Below are positions 20,734 through 30,436 of a stretch of DNA of 64,000 nt, one piece after another; position 1 is the first letter of the stretch; every line of letters starts with the position of its first letter. This DNA comes from Candidatus Woesebacteria bacterium (lineage in GTDB: Bacteria > Patescibacteriota > Microgenomatia > UBA8517). Below the pieces are notes generated by a model. That model was not told the origin of the DNA. It was given only the letters and a program-made list of their open reading frames with translations, and searched no databases. The position numbers and the translations under genes are program-made. The stretch lies in assembly GCA_013374855.1 (NCBI GenBank), contig CP055308.1:532071-596070 (forward strand), read 5' to 3'.

Positions 20734-22074
20734 ATGAACAGAAATTTAGTCCTTTTAATTTTTATTTTAGCTTTTTTGTTTAGATTATTTCTTTTGCCTT
20801 TTGGGAATCATCATGATCTGTTGGTTAATGCTGAATGGGGACAAACTTTGTTTGTGGAGGGAGCAGACTCATTTTATCAGAAAAAGGATTGGATTTATGG
20901 CTCACCAACGCAGTTTCCCTTGATTAATTTGATCTATTCTTATAATTTTCAATTCTTTGGAAAGTGCGTGGTTCTTTTTAATTTTATAAACGAGTTTTTA
21001 AGCGAGCACAACTTTTTTCCCACTTTGTTTTCTCATTGGTTCCGTTTTAACAGTTGGTTTTCTTGGACTTATTTTGACGAATCGCCTTTTATGAACGGTT
21101 ATTTGGTTGTGATGAAGCTGATACCTCTTGTTTTTGACTTGCTAACAATGCTTCTTGTCTTGTTTTTAGCAAAGAAGTTAAAGTTAAGGTCTAGACTTTT
21201 AATTCCTTTGTTATTGGGTGTTGCTTTTATGCCTTTTGTTTGGTATGAGAGTGTTTTGTGGGGGCAATATGATCAATTTTCTTCTTTTCTAGCTATTCTG
21301 TCATTGTTTGCTGTTTTTCTTTGTAAAAATAAGCAATTTGCTTTTGTTTTGTCATCTTTTTTGTTTTCCATTTCTTTTCAGATTAAACCAACTGTTTTGT
21401 TTGTTTTTCCACTGTTTCTTGTTTTTTATTTCCACTTGAGGCCAAAGGTTTTAACAATTATTTTTGCCTTGATTGTAAACTTAATGTTTTTGTTTTTTAC
21501 AACCTTACCGTTTTTGGGTGAAAAAGGTTTTCTTGAGTTTTTTATCCAGACAATAATTCCTACCGTTTTTAATAATAACAGATATGGTCTTGTTGGTAGG
21601 GCTTTTAATTTTTGGTCATTATTTGCTCATTTTGGTGTTTCCTCACTTGATTTCTACATTTTGGGTATTAAGGCTTTTTATATTGCATCTTTGTTTTTGG
21701 TTGCTTTTGTAGTTTTGTCAATTTACCTTTTTCTTAAAAATAGGAATTTAATTGGAGCGTTGATTAGCTTGTATTTGTTAAGTGGCGGTTTTTATATGTT
21801 CTTTATTGGAGTGTTAGATAGGTATTTTTATCTTCCCTTAATTGTTCTATTAATTGTTGCTTTATTTAATGGAAAGGTATTTTTGTCTTGGCTTGCTAGC
21901 AGTTTGATTTTCAGTTTTAACTTATTTTATTCTTGGGGTTATCCTTTTCTAACGATAGGGGAAGCTTGGGAAAATTTTTTTTTGGTTAGGGTTGGTAGTT
22001 TCTTGAGTATATTTGTTTTTATTTTTACATCTGTTTACTTTTTGTTTATTTTTTGCTACTCTGAGAAAGTATGA
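20734..22074 (+). CDS. GT-C glycosyltransferase (GT87/ALG6-like)
   Basis: HHD, WGQYD, IKP, NFW and DRY motifs; multiple TM helices. Confidence 0.65.
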   Translation: MNRNLVLLIFILAFLFRLFLLPFGNHHDLLVNAEWGQTLFVEGADSFYQKKDWIYGSPTQFPLINLIYSYNFQFFGKCVVLFNFINEFLSEHNFFPTLFSHWFRFNSWFSWTYFDESPFMNGYLVVMKLIPLVFDLLTMLLVLFLAKKLKLRSRLLIPLLLGVAFMPFVWYESVLWGQYDQFSSFLAILSLFAVFLCKNKQFAFVLSSFLFSISFQIKPTVLFVFPLFLVFYFHLRPKVLTIIFALIVNLMFLFFTTLPFLGEKGFLEFFIQTIIPTVFNNNRYGLVGRAFNFWSLFAHFGVSSLDFYILGIKAFYIASLFLVAFVVLSIYLFLKNRNLIGALISLYLLSGGFYMFFIGVLDRYFYLPLIVLLIVALFNGKVFLSWLASSLIFSFNLFYSWGYPFLTIGEAWENFFLVRVGSFLSIFVFIFTSVYFLFIFCYSEKV

Positions 22075-22814
22075 AAAGACAACCTAAGATTGTAATAGTA
22101 ATGCCCGCATATAACGCAGAAAGAACTCTTAAGGACACTTATAAGGAAATTCCCAGAGAGTTTAGAAAGCACATTATTCTGGTTGATGATCAAAGCAAAG
22201 ATAAAACTGTAGAAGTGGCGAAAAAGCTTGGAATAAAAGTTTTTACTCATCCAAATAATCTTGGCTATGGTGGGAATCAAAAGACTTGTTATTGGGAAGC
22301 TTTAAAGTTAAAGCCTGATGTTGTTGTAATGCTTCATACGGATTATCAATATGATGCGACCATGATACCTTATCTTGTTCAGCCGATTCTGGATGGAAAA
22401 TTTGATTTTATGTTTGGGAGTAGAATTGCAAATAGAAGGGGTGCCTTGGAGGGCGGCATGCCTCCTCTGAAATACTATGTTAATAGAATTGTTTGCTTTA
22501 TCCAAAATATTCTTTTGGGAGTTAATTTTACAGAGCATTTTTCGGGATTCCGTGCCTACAGCAGTAAACTTTTGAAAAAGGTTCCTTTTCAGAGGTTTTC
22601 CAATGATTTTGTTTTTGATCAGGAGATGACAATTTCTGCTATAAGTTATGGTTTTAGAATAGGGGAGATTCCAATCCCCACAAGGTATCACGAAAGAGCG
22701 TCTTCTGTCGGGTTTTGGAAAGGGAGTAAGTTTATCTTAGAGGGCTTCTTGACAATCCTTGCTTATTTTTTACATAGGTGGGGCATTAAAAAGGATAGAA
22801 GGTTTAAGATGTAG
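22071..22814 (+). CDS. GT2 polyprenol-phosphate mannose synthase-like
   Basis: MPAYNAE, VDDQSKD, NLGYGGNQK, H.D.QYD and SGFRAY motifs. Confidence 0.85.
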   Translation: MKRQPKIVIVMPAYNAERTLKDTYKEIPREFRKHIILVDDQSKDKTVEVAKKLGIKVFTHPNNLGYGGNQKTCYWEALKLKPDVVVMLHTDYQYDATMIPYLVQPILDGKFDFMFGSRIANRRGALEGGMPPLKYYVNRIVCFIQNILLGVNFTEHFSGFRAYSSKLLKKVPFQRFSNDFVFDQEMTISAISYGFRIGEIPIPTRYHERASSVGFWKGSKFILEGFLTILAYFLHRWGIKKDRRFKM

Positions 22815-22817
22815 AAT

Positions 22818-23828
22818 TTACCAATTACCTGTACTTATAAATTTCTGGTATTTGGCGATAGTTAGGATTAGTTGAAAGATAAAAAGGATTGTAAGGTGGT
22901 TTTTCTTTAGTTTTGCGAAAGGAAGGGCAAAATAGATCCAACTGAAGTACCATAACTGCGCCTGATTGTATTTTGCCAATATTACAATTAAACTTACAAT
23001 TATCATTATTCTTGCTAAAGTTGTTTTTTTTGTTTTTTTAAGAAAGATTAAGGGAGAGAAAAGGATACTTATATATTTTGTTAATACAGAAAGAGAAAGC
23101 GCGATTATGCTTTTTGTTTTTTGAGAATTTTTCCAAAATAAAGCTGAAAGGAAGAACAAGAATAGCATTATTGTTTCGTTATGGGAGTTTATGACTAATT
23201 CTATTAAAAGAAGTGGGTTAGTAAACCAGAGATAAATTGCTTTCCTTTTGTTTTTTATAATTTTTGAGATTATTATTCCTGTTGCTATGAATAGGAGTAC
23301 ATTTAGAATTTTGCTGAAGTAAAAGATTGTTAAGAACTTCTCTACTCCAAAGATGAACATTGGTATTAAGGAAACAAAAAGAGCAAGTGGTCCATAAATA
23401 TATGGTCTGTGTGTCCAGTAGGTAAAAGATAGCCATATATCTTGATCACGGAGTGTTTCTGGAATAGTGGTGTATGGATTAAGTTTATAAAAGTAGAGAA
23501 TTTTTGCTGAGAAAAGGTAACTGAATATATCGCTGGATAAAAAAGGGTAGGCTAGTGAAAGACAAAAAATCCCCAGGAATATTAGTCTTGTTTTTAGCTT
23601 TTTTTTAGTAAAAACGAAATAGAGTTGAATTATGGTCAATGTTACGACTGTTGCGATAAACCAAAATTCAAAAATATGCCGGTTATAAATCATAAAACCC
23701 CTTAGTTGGAAAAGCTTATTGAATATAGGTTTTGTTTGCGAGATAAATGTTATGAAACCGTGATCAGAAAAAGCATAGCAAATTGCTGCTGTAAGAGACG
23801 ATATAAATATAAATATTATTTCTACCAC
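22818..23828 (-). CDS. GT-C, MptA/MptB-like polyprenol-phosphomannose-dependent mannosyltransferase
   Basis: SSDIFSY, NPY, YIYGPL and NPLLLIE..NSHNE motifs; may be short at the C-terminus. Confidence 0.65.
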   Translation of the reverse strand: MVEIIFIFISSLTAAICYAFSDHGFITFISQTKPIFNKLFQLRGFMIYNRHIFEFWFIATVVTLTIIQLYFVFTKKKLKTRLIFLGIFCLSLAYPFLSSDIFSYLFSAKILYFYKLNPYTTIPETLRDQDIWLSFTYWTHRPYIYGPLALFVSLIPMFIFGVEKFLTIFYFSKILNVLLFIATGIIISKIIKNKRKAIYLWFTNPLLLIELVINSHNETIMLFLFFLSALFWKNSQKTKSIIALSLSVLTKYISILFSPLIFLKKTKKTTLARIMIIVSLIVILAKYNQAQLWYFSWIYFALPFAKLKKNHLTILFIFQLILTIAKYQKFISTGNW

Positions 23829-23951
23829 TTTCTAATTTTAACATTAATGTAAGTTTTATTTTATTTTCAGAATTTTGTTAAGATATTTTTCTTTTTTGAA
23901 ATAATCTTAGTGTAGGTTTAGCTTAATATTTAAGAATGATTTAAATTGTTT

Positions 23952-25463
23952 TTATTGTATTTTTGGAAAATTGGGAGGAATTATTTTTTCCCAGTTTGCA
24001 TTTATATAGAGAGTGGATTGGTAGTTCCACTTGATTGCAAATATAACCAGAAAGATTAAAATAATTTGACAGATTTTTGTTGCAAATTTAATCCTTTCTC
24101 TTGGCAGCAAGTTAAATAGTAAGAGTAGTGAAATTATTATTACAGATATTCTGTATTCTATTTTGTTTGGGTAATCTTTCAGTATTTGATGCCCCCAGTA
24201 GAAACTGCTTGAAAATGGGAGTAGGTAGAATACTACTGCAATATTTGTGTTAATATATTTTACCATTTTCCATAATATGTATCCGCTAGTTATGGAAAGG
24301 TATGGTATTAGGTGGAAGTAATACCAAGGATAACTTAAACCAGCAAAGAAAAGAACTATTAAAAATGAAGAAATTATAGGGATTAGAGACAACTCTAGTT
24401 TTAATTTGTTCTTTAATATAAAAGATGTAGTTAGTGCAGATATAAATCCCCATAACCACCAGCCATCCAAGTTTAGTTTATCAGACCACTGATGAGTAAA
24501 TATATTTATAAAATTTAAAGATCCTAGAAATTCTCTTTGAGAATTAGCTATTATCAATTTCCAGAAGAAATTGCCAGCAATCCAATTTCCCCACAGTAAG
24601 TATCCTAGTAGAGGAATTAATGCGAATAAAATAAACAGAATTAGATTTTTTTTATAATTCTTTTGCCTTGATAAAATAATGATACCTGCTATCAGAAATG
24701 ACACTCCCGCTTCTTTTGCAAGTATTGATAAACCAGCAAAAATTCCTGATATGATTGCCAATATTTTTGCGGTTTTACTGTAAGATTTCTTATTGAATAA
24801 TATGGAAAGGGTTAGGAAATTTATCATAATTAATGAAATAGTTGATAGAACATTTTCTAAAAGGGCATATCGGACATAGAAGAAAAATGAGGGTGCAGAG
24901 TTATAAGTTGCTGTGCTTAGTGTAGCGATCCAAGGGTTTTTAAATATCTGAATACTTAGCACAAATATTAGTAAGCTGTTTAACACTGCTAGGTATAGTG
25001 CCACTTTGCGGTATTGTTCTGGTTTGATTTGGTCTAGTCTGCTTACAGTTTTGGGAACACCTAAGCTGTAGATTAAACCACCTAATGGTGGGTGATCTAT
25101 AAAAGGTTGAACAATTTTGACATGCTCCATTCCGCGACCAAAATCGAATTGATTTACTGATATTACAGGTTTTGGAAATTTATAATAATTGGTTAATTTT
25201 GGTTTTTCTTCATCAACCTTTATATAGAAATCTTCTAGTTTGGTAGATATGTTTTTAAATGATTCAGTTTCATATTCATAAACATTTGACCAGCCTATTG
25301 GTATTCCATTTTTCCTTATGCTAATTCCTTGGATTACATAATTTCTTTCGTCAAATATTCCTGTGTCGGGTATCTTTTCATGACCAATTTGCCTATTTTG
25401 AGCGAATATGTGTGTTAAGTATAAAGTGATAATTATATTTATTATGATTATGCTCCGTTTCAT
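23952..25463 (-). CDS. GT-C glycosyltransferase (PMT_2-like)
   Basis: FDERNY, DHPPLG and ALLEN motifs; multiple TM helices. Confidence 0.7.
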   Translation of the reverse strand: MKRSIIIINIIITLYLTHIFAQNRQIGHEKIPDTGIFDERNYVIQGISIRKNGIPIGWSNVYEYETESFKNISTKLEDFYIKVDEEKPKLTNYYKFPKPVISVNQFDFGRGMEHVKIVQPFIDHPPLGGLIYSLGVPKTVSRLDQIKPEQYRKVALYLAVLNSLLIFVLSIQIFKNPWIATLSTATYNSAPSFFFYVRYALLENVLSTISLIMINFLTLSILFNKKSYSKTAKILAIISGIFAGLSILAKEAGVSFLIAGIIILSRQKNYKKNLILFILFALIPLLGYLLWGNWIAGNFFWKLIIANSQREFLGSLNFINIFTHQWSDKLNLDGWWLWGFISALTTSFILKNKLKLELSLIPIISSFLIVLFFAGLSYPWYYFHLIPYLSITSGYILWKMVKYINTNIAVVFYLLPFSSSFYWGHQILKDYPNKIEYRISVIIISLLLLFNLLPRERIKFATKICQIILIFLVIFAIKWNYQSTLYINANWEKIIPPNFPKIQ

Positions 25464-25563
25464 TTTTTATTTTTATTTTAACATTTTATATTCTTTATTT
25501 TTAAAGGTTTGTTTTTTGTTTCTTCTGTTTTTCTTTATTCTTTTGGTAGGGTAAAATAGACCT

Positions 25564-27216
25564 ATGTTTAGCAAGAGGATTTGCTTTCTTGTTTTGTTTT
25601 TTGTTGTCATACTTTCCTTTTTTTTCCGTTTTTACAGACTAACGAGCGTCCCCCCTTCTCTGAATTGGGATGAGGTTTCGATTGGATATAATGCGTATTC
25701 TATTCTTAAGACGGGCAAGGATGAGTGGGGAGATTTTCTTCCCTTGCATTTTAAGTCTTATGGCGAATACAAGCTTCCTGGTCAAGTTTATTTTTCCATT
25801 CCGGCAATTGCTATCTTTGGCCTGAACGATTTTTCTGTTCGCATAACCCCTGTAGTTTATGGAACTTTAACTGTTCTTTTTGTTTATTTTCTGTCTCGCG
25901 AAATTTTTAAATCAGAAGCAATAGCTTTAATTTCTGCCTTTTTTATGGGGGTCTCGCCTTGGCATATTCAACTTACACGAGCATCTTTTGAGTCTTCTTT
26001 TGCCTTAATGTGGGTTGTTTTGGGGATGTTATTTTTTGTTAAAAGCTTTAGAAGATCGAAGCTTCTTTTTCTTTCTGCTTTGTTTTTTGCATTGGCAATG
26101 TATACATATAACTCTGCTCGTGGATTCTTGCCCTTTTTTGCTTTTTTTGTTTTACCTTTTTATCTCAAAGATTTTCTTAAGGAGAAAAAAACTGTTTTAC
26201 TTTCTTCTGTGTTTTTCTTGATTTTAATCTTGCCTATTTTACATTTTTTTCTCATTGGTGAAGGCAAAGCGCGTTACAAGCTTGTGAGTGTGACTGATGA
26301 AGCTGGTCTTATCCCAAGAATTGAGGAAAGAAGAAATCTTTCTGATATGCCTTATATTCTAAAGAAAATTATTTATAACAGGTACACATTTATAAGTTAT
26401 TACACAGTAAAAAATTACCTTTCCCATTTTACTCCCAGCTTTTTGTTTATAAACGGAGCACCCCATAAACAACATCATCCGCAGAAAATAGGAGAACTTT
26501 ACTGGATTCAGGCGCCGTTTTTGTTGTTGGGAATGTACCTTATTTTTAAGAAGAAAAATAAATATCGTTTTATTCTTTTGGTATGGCTTTTAACAGCCTT
26601 TATACCAGTATCTCTAACTCGAGATAGTATTCCGCATGCTTTAAGGACTCTAAATGCAGCACCTGTTTATCAGTTTCTAACAGCAGTTGGAGTTTATTAT
26701 TTTTTTAAATATATAAGATTAAAAAACATAATTGCTTTCTACTTTTTTCTTGCTACTACTTTTTTTATTTTCTTATTTCAGTTTGCAAAATATCAAATTT
26801 ATCTTTATAAAGAGTATCCTGTCTTGTATTCCCGTGATTGGCAATATGGATATAAAGAGGCGGTGAATTTTTTAGAAAAAAATTATGAAAAGTATGATTT
26901 AATAGTCTTTACTCGTGAGTATGGAGAGCCGCATATGTTTACTCTTTTTTATCTAAATTATCCACCGGATAGATTTCAAGGTGATAAAAATCTTGTTCGT
27001 TTTGAGACTTATGATTGGGTAAGGGTATTAAGGTTTGGTAAATTTTATTTTCCTGATCTTGGTGATGAGGGAACAACAGTTAATGATGTCAGAAAAGAAT
27101 TTCCTGGTAGGAAGATGCTGTTTATTGCAACTCCAGACGAGACTCCGGATGACACAAATATTCTGTATAAAGTTGATTTTCTTAATGGTAAACGTGCTTT
27201 TAACATTTTTGAATGA
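25564..27216 (+). CDS. GT-C glycosyltransferase (ArnT/PMT_2-like)
   Basis: WDEVSIGYNAYSILKTGKDEWG, SPWH and PHALR motifs. Confidence 0.8.
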   Translation: MFSKRICFLVLFFVVILSFFFRFYRLTSVPPSLNWDEVSIGYNAYSILKTGKDEWGDFLPLHFKSYGEYKLPGQVYFSIPAIAIFGLNDFSVRITPVVYGTLTVLFVYFLSREIFKSEAIALISAFFMGVSPWHIQLTRASFESSFALMWVVLGMLFFVKSFRRSKLLFLSALFFALAMYTYNSARGFLPFFAFFVLPFYLKDFLKEKKTVLLSSVFFLILILPILHFFLIGEGKARYKLVSVTDEAGLIPRIEERRNLSDMPYILKKIIYNRYTFISYYTVKNYLSHFTPSFLFINGAPHKQHHPQKIGELYWIQAPFLLLGMYLIFKKKNKYRFILLVWLLTAFIPVSLTRDSIPHALRTLNAAPVYQFLTAVGVYYFFKYIRLKNIIAFYFFLATTFFIFLFQFAKYQIYLYKEYPVLYSRDWQYGYKEAVNFLEKNYEKYDLIVFTREYGEPHMFTLFYLNYPPDRFQGDKNLVRFETYDWVRVLRFGKFYFPDLGDEGTTVNDVRKEFPGRKMLFIATPDETPDDTNILYKVDFLNGKRAFNIFE

Positions 27217-28772
27217 AAAGCAAATTAATACTTTTATTTTTGGTTATACTCTTTTTGACAACCAGATTGTATTTTATTGGGAGTATTCCTGGTTCTGTTT
27301 ATTGGGATGAGGCTTCAATTGGATATAACGCGTACTCGATTCTTAAAACCGGAAGAGATGAATGGGGAGAATTTTTGCCGCTTCATTTTCGTGCTTTTGG
27401 AGAATTTAAACTTCCAGTTTATATCTATTCAACCATTCCCTTTATTTATGTTTTTGGTCTAAATGAAGTATCTGTAAGACTGCCGTCTGTTTTTTATTCT
27501 CTTTTTTCTCTGATAATTATTTACTTCTTGGTCAAAAAATTGACTGGAAATAATTCTGTTTCTTTCTTGTCTTGTTTTCTTTTTGTTGCCCTTCCTTGGA
27601 ATTTTATTTTTTCAAGAACAGGATATGAAGCAAGCGCTGGGCTTTTTTTCTTTCTTGTTTTTATTTCTGTTTGGTTTTATTTTAATCCGCTTGTTTTGGA
27701 TAAAAATAGGAAATTCAAAAGCCTTTTTTGGTGGCTTTTGTTTTTGTTTTCTTTTGTTTTATCTTTTTATTCTTACAATTCTTTTCGCTTTTGGAGTCCT
27801 GTTGTTTTTTTATTTCTTGTAGCTCAAATGTTTATAACTAAAAGAAAACTTTTTATAGGGAATTTACCTTTAATAATTCTATCTTTCTTTTTTATTATTG
27901 TCTCATTTTATCCTGTTTTTAGGCTTTACAAGTTTGATTATGGATTTTCAAGATATGAAGCAGTTGGGTTGACGGGTAGTTTTTTTGAAAAAACATCTAC
28001 ATTTTTTAAAAATTATTTCTCGCATTTCTCCTTTGATTTTCTTTTTGCAAAAGGAGATTTAAATATCAGAAGCCAAATACCCGGTTTTGGCCAAGTATTT
28101 ATTGTTAGCTTTCCATTTTTGATAATTGGTCTTTGGAGACTCTTAAAGAATAAAAATTTTAATCTTTGGTTTTTATTGTTTCTGTTTTTGATATCTCCTA
28201 TCCCATCAAGTATCACAAAAGAATCTCCCCATGCGCTTCGTTCTGTGCTTTTTGCTTTTGTCTTACCTGTTGTGTTATCTCTTGGAATAGTTGAATTTGT
28301 TGGTTTTTGGGGCAGGTTAAAAAAGTGGGTTTTGGGCTTAGTTTTGATTTCCTATTTTTCTTTTTTTGTTTTATACTTTTTAAAATTTGTCAATAATTAT
28401 AATTATCTTGCCTGTTCTCATTGGCAATGTGAATATAAAAAGATATTTAAAAATAAAAGTAGTTTAATCGAAAAAAGTGGTAAGGTTGTTGTTTCTGAAT
28501 CTCTTGCTCAGCCTTATATTTTTGCTCTTTTTTACAATAAATTTGATCCTTTGGAATTTAGGAAAAGTGTTTTATACAATCCACCAGATAGATGGGGTTT
28601 TTCTACTGTTTATTCTTTTGATAAGTTTGTTTTCAAAATTCCTGAAGAATCTGATATAAAATATGCAGATCTTATTTTTTCGGAAAGAGAATTGCCAGAA
28701 CTTAATATTTATTTGTTTGATAAAATAGAAATATCTGATAAATCATCAGTTTTTTGGGTCTATTCTAGATGA
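27213..28772 (+). CDS. GT-C glycosyltransferase (ArnT/PMT_2-like), tandem paralog of the upstream gene
   Basis: WDEASIGYNAYSILKTGRDEWG and PHALR motifs. Confidence 0.8.
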   Translation: MKSKLILLFLVILFLTTRLYFIGSIPGSVYWDEASIGYNAYSILKTGRDEWGEFLPLHFRAFGEFKLPVYIYSTIPFIYVFGLNEVSVRLPSVFYSLFSLIIIYFLVKKLTGNNSVSFLSCFLFVALPWNFIFSRTGYEASAGLFFFLVFISVWFYFNPLVLDKNRKFKSLFWWLLFLFSFVLSFYSYNSFRFWSPVVFLFLVAQMFITKRKLFIGNLPLIILSFFFIIVSFYPVFRLYKFDYGFSRYEAVGLTGSFFEKTSTFFKNYFSHFSFDFLFAKGDLNIRSQIPGFGQVFIVSFPFLIIGLWRLLKNKNFNLWFLLFLFLISPIPSSITKESPHALRSVLFAFVLPVVLSLGIVEFVGFWGRLKKWVLGLVLISYFSFFVLYFLKFVNNYNYLACSHWQCEYKKIFKNKSSLIEKSGKVVVSESLAQPYIFALFYNKFDPLEFRKSVLYNPPDRWGFSTVYSFDKFVFKIPEESDIKYADLIFSERELPELNIYLFDKIEISDKSSVFWVYSR

Positions 28773-28791
28773 TTTGATAGACTAGATAATT

Positions 28792-29652
28792 ATGAGTAGA
28801 TTGTCTGTAGTTTTGGCAACGTACAACGAGGAAAAAAACTTGGGTAGATGTCTTAGTGCGGTAAAGGAAATTGCTGATGAGATAGTTATTGTTGATGGTT
28901 CATCAACCGATAAAACAGTGGATATTGCCAAAAGTTTTGGAGCAAAGGTTGTTGTTTGCGACAATCCTCCAATTTTTCATATAAATAAACAAAAAGCACT
29001 TGATCTGGCTTCTTCTGGTTGGATTTTGCAACTTGATGCTGATGAGGTGGTTACACCACAGCTTGCAAAAGAGATAAAAATGATTATTAGTCTCGATGAT
29101 AGGGAAATTGAGGTGTATCAACAAAATCTTAAGGAAAGAGACTTGTTTTTGCGACATCAAAGGTTAATTGAAGAAAGAGATGGAAAAATAGGGGAGGAGT
29201 CAAAAGAGTTTGCTGGTTTTTTTATTCCAAGGAAAAACTATTTCTTGGGCAAATTTTTAAGATATGGTGGAGTTTATCCTGATGGAGTTATTAGGCTGGT
29301 TAAGAAAGGCAAGGCTTACTTTCCTTGCAAAAGTGTTCATGAACAGATAGTCGTAAAAGGTAGGATTGGTTGGCTGGCAAATCCACTTTTACATTATGAT
29401 TCTCCTACTTTTTCTCGTTATCTAAAGAGGAATTCAAGGTATATAGACTTGATTGTTCAAGATTTAAAAAAACAAAAGGTTAAAAAGAATCTTTGGCAGT
29501 TTTTGAATTATTTTTTTTGGAAACCGTTGTGTTGGTTTTTACTAACAACATTAAGACACAAGGGTATATTAGATGGGTGGCAGGGAATTGTTTTTAGCTT
29601 TTTTTCTGCCCTTCGCTTTCCCAGAGCCTATTTTCGCTATCTCAACCTTTAA
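28792..29652 (+). CDS. GT2 beta-glucosyltransferase-like
   Basis: ATYNEE, VDGSS, LDADE, YPD and VHEQ motifs; stop codon lies inside a REP copy. Confidence 0.85.
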   Translation: MSRLSVVLATYNEEKNLGRCLSAVKEIADEIVIVDGSSTDKTVDIAKSFGAKVVVCDNPPIFHINKQKALDLASSGWILQLDADEVVTPQLAKEIKMIISLDDREIEVYQQNLKERDLFLRHQRLIEERDGKIGEESKEFAGFFIPRKNYFLGKFLRYGGVYPDGVIRLVKKGKAYFPCKSVHEQIVVKGRIGWLANPLLHYDSPTFSRYLKRNSRYIDLIVQDLKKQKVKKNLWQFLNYFFWKPLCWFLLTTLRHKGILDGWQGIVFSFFSALRFPRAYFRYLNL

Positions 29653-29671
29653 GGGAGCCTCCTTTAAAGGT
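29645..29671. repeat. 27-bp palindromic REP-like element, copy 1
   Basis: acctttaagggagcctcctttaaaggt; arms acctttaa/ttaaaggt. Confidence 0.9.
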
Positions 29672-30353
29672 CAATGGCAATTTTTTCTATTAGTTTTAAT
29701 GATATTGGCTCATTTTCTTCCCCTTCTACAAATTTTTGATAATTTTTGGTTTTTTTGAATTCTGGGGCTATAGATTTTTCAAAGAAGTTAAGTATAATTT
29801 CAGGTTTTAGCCAAATTGTCTTTCTTAATCTTAAATAATCGGCATAAGATGAGTACCAATTTATTAGATCTTTTGTTTTTTCTAATGGATTTTTGTGTAT
29901 GTATCTTGATAAGTGAAGGAGCTGCTCATCATTTTTTATTAGTACAGCTTTATAGTGTCCTTGGAATAATTTGCCCACCCTTTTGTATTTTTTGTTGAAG
30001 TACATAGAATATCTTGTTAATACCGAACGCATAAAGCTCTCCAGTAATCTTTTTTCGGACTGTCTTATTATAAGATGAAAATGATTTGGCATAAGACAGT
30101 AGGCAATTAGATCAACACGTTGATAATAATTTTTTGGCATTCTTGGAATACCTTTAAAGGAGGCTCCCTGCAAGATGAAGGTTTTTTCGATTTTTTCTGG
30201 GGGAGGTGGTTTGGTGAGTGATTCCTTTAGATATTTAAGAAACACTTTGTAATCTTGATCGTCTAAAAATATTTTTCTTTTTTCTACTCCTCTGTTATAT
30301 ACGTGGTAGTAGCTGTTTTCTACATATATCTTAATGGAATTTTTCTGTGGCAT
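29664..30353 (-). mobile_element. REP-associated tyrosine transposase (RAYT; HUH/Y1_Tnp, IS200/IS605 superfamily)
   Basis: YYHVYNRG, YCLMPNHFHL (HUH), LFQGHYKA and YIHKNP (catalytic Tyr); flanked by palindromes; start at 30353 or 30362. Confidence 0.9.
30150..30176. repeat. REP-like element, copy 2 (inside the RAYT coding sequence)
   Basis: acctttaaaggaggctccctgcaagat. Confidence 0.9.
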
Positions 30354-30370
30354 GGCCTTCATATTATATT

Positions 30371-30397
30371 ACCTTTAAAGGAGGCTCCCTGCAAGGT
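30371..30397. repeat. REP-like element, copy 3 (upstream of the RAYT)
   Basis: acctttaaaggaggctccctgcaaggt. Confidence 0.9.
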
Positions 30398-30436
30398 GGA
30401 ATTATGGTGGATTTATGATTATCATTAGTAAATACA

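Noticed and set aside
29664-30362. Classical IS200/IS605 element with tnpB
   Set aside because: No TnpB/IscB ORF is adjacent; protein length and motifs, plus dispersed palindromes, fit a RAYT.
29645-30397. Three ~27-bp palindromic repeats as a CRISPR array
   Set aside because: Spacing is about 190-480 bp, orientations are mixed, one copy is inside a gene and no cas genes are present; the pattern fits REP/RAYT.
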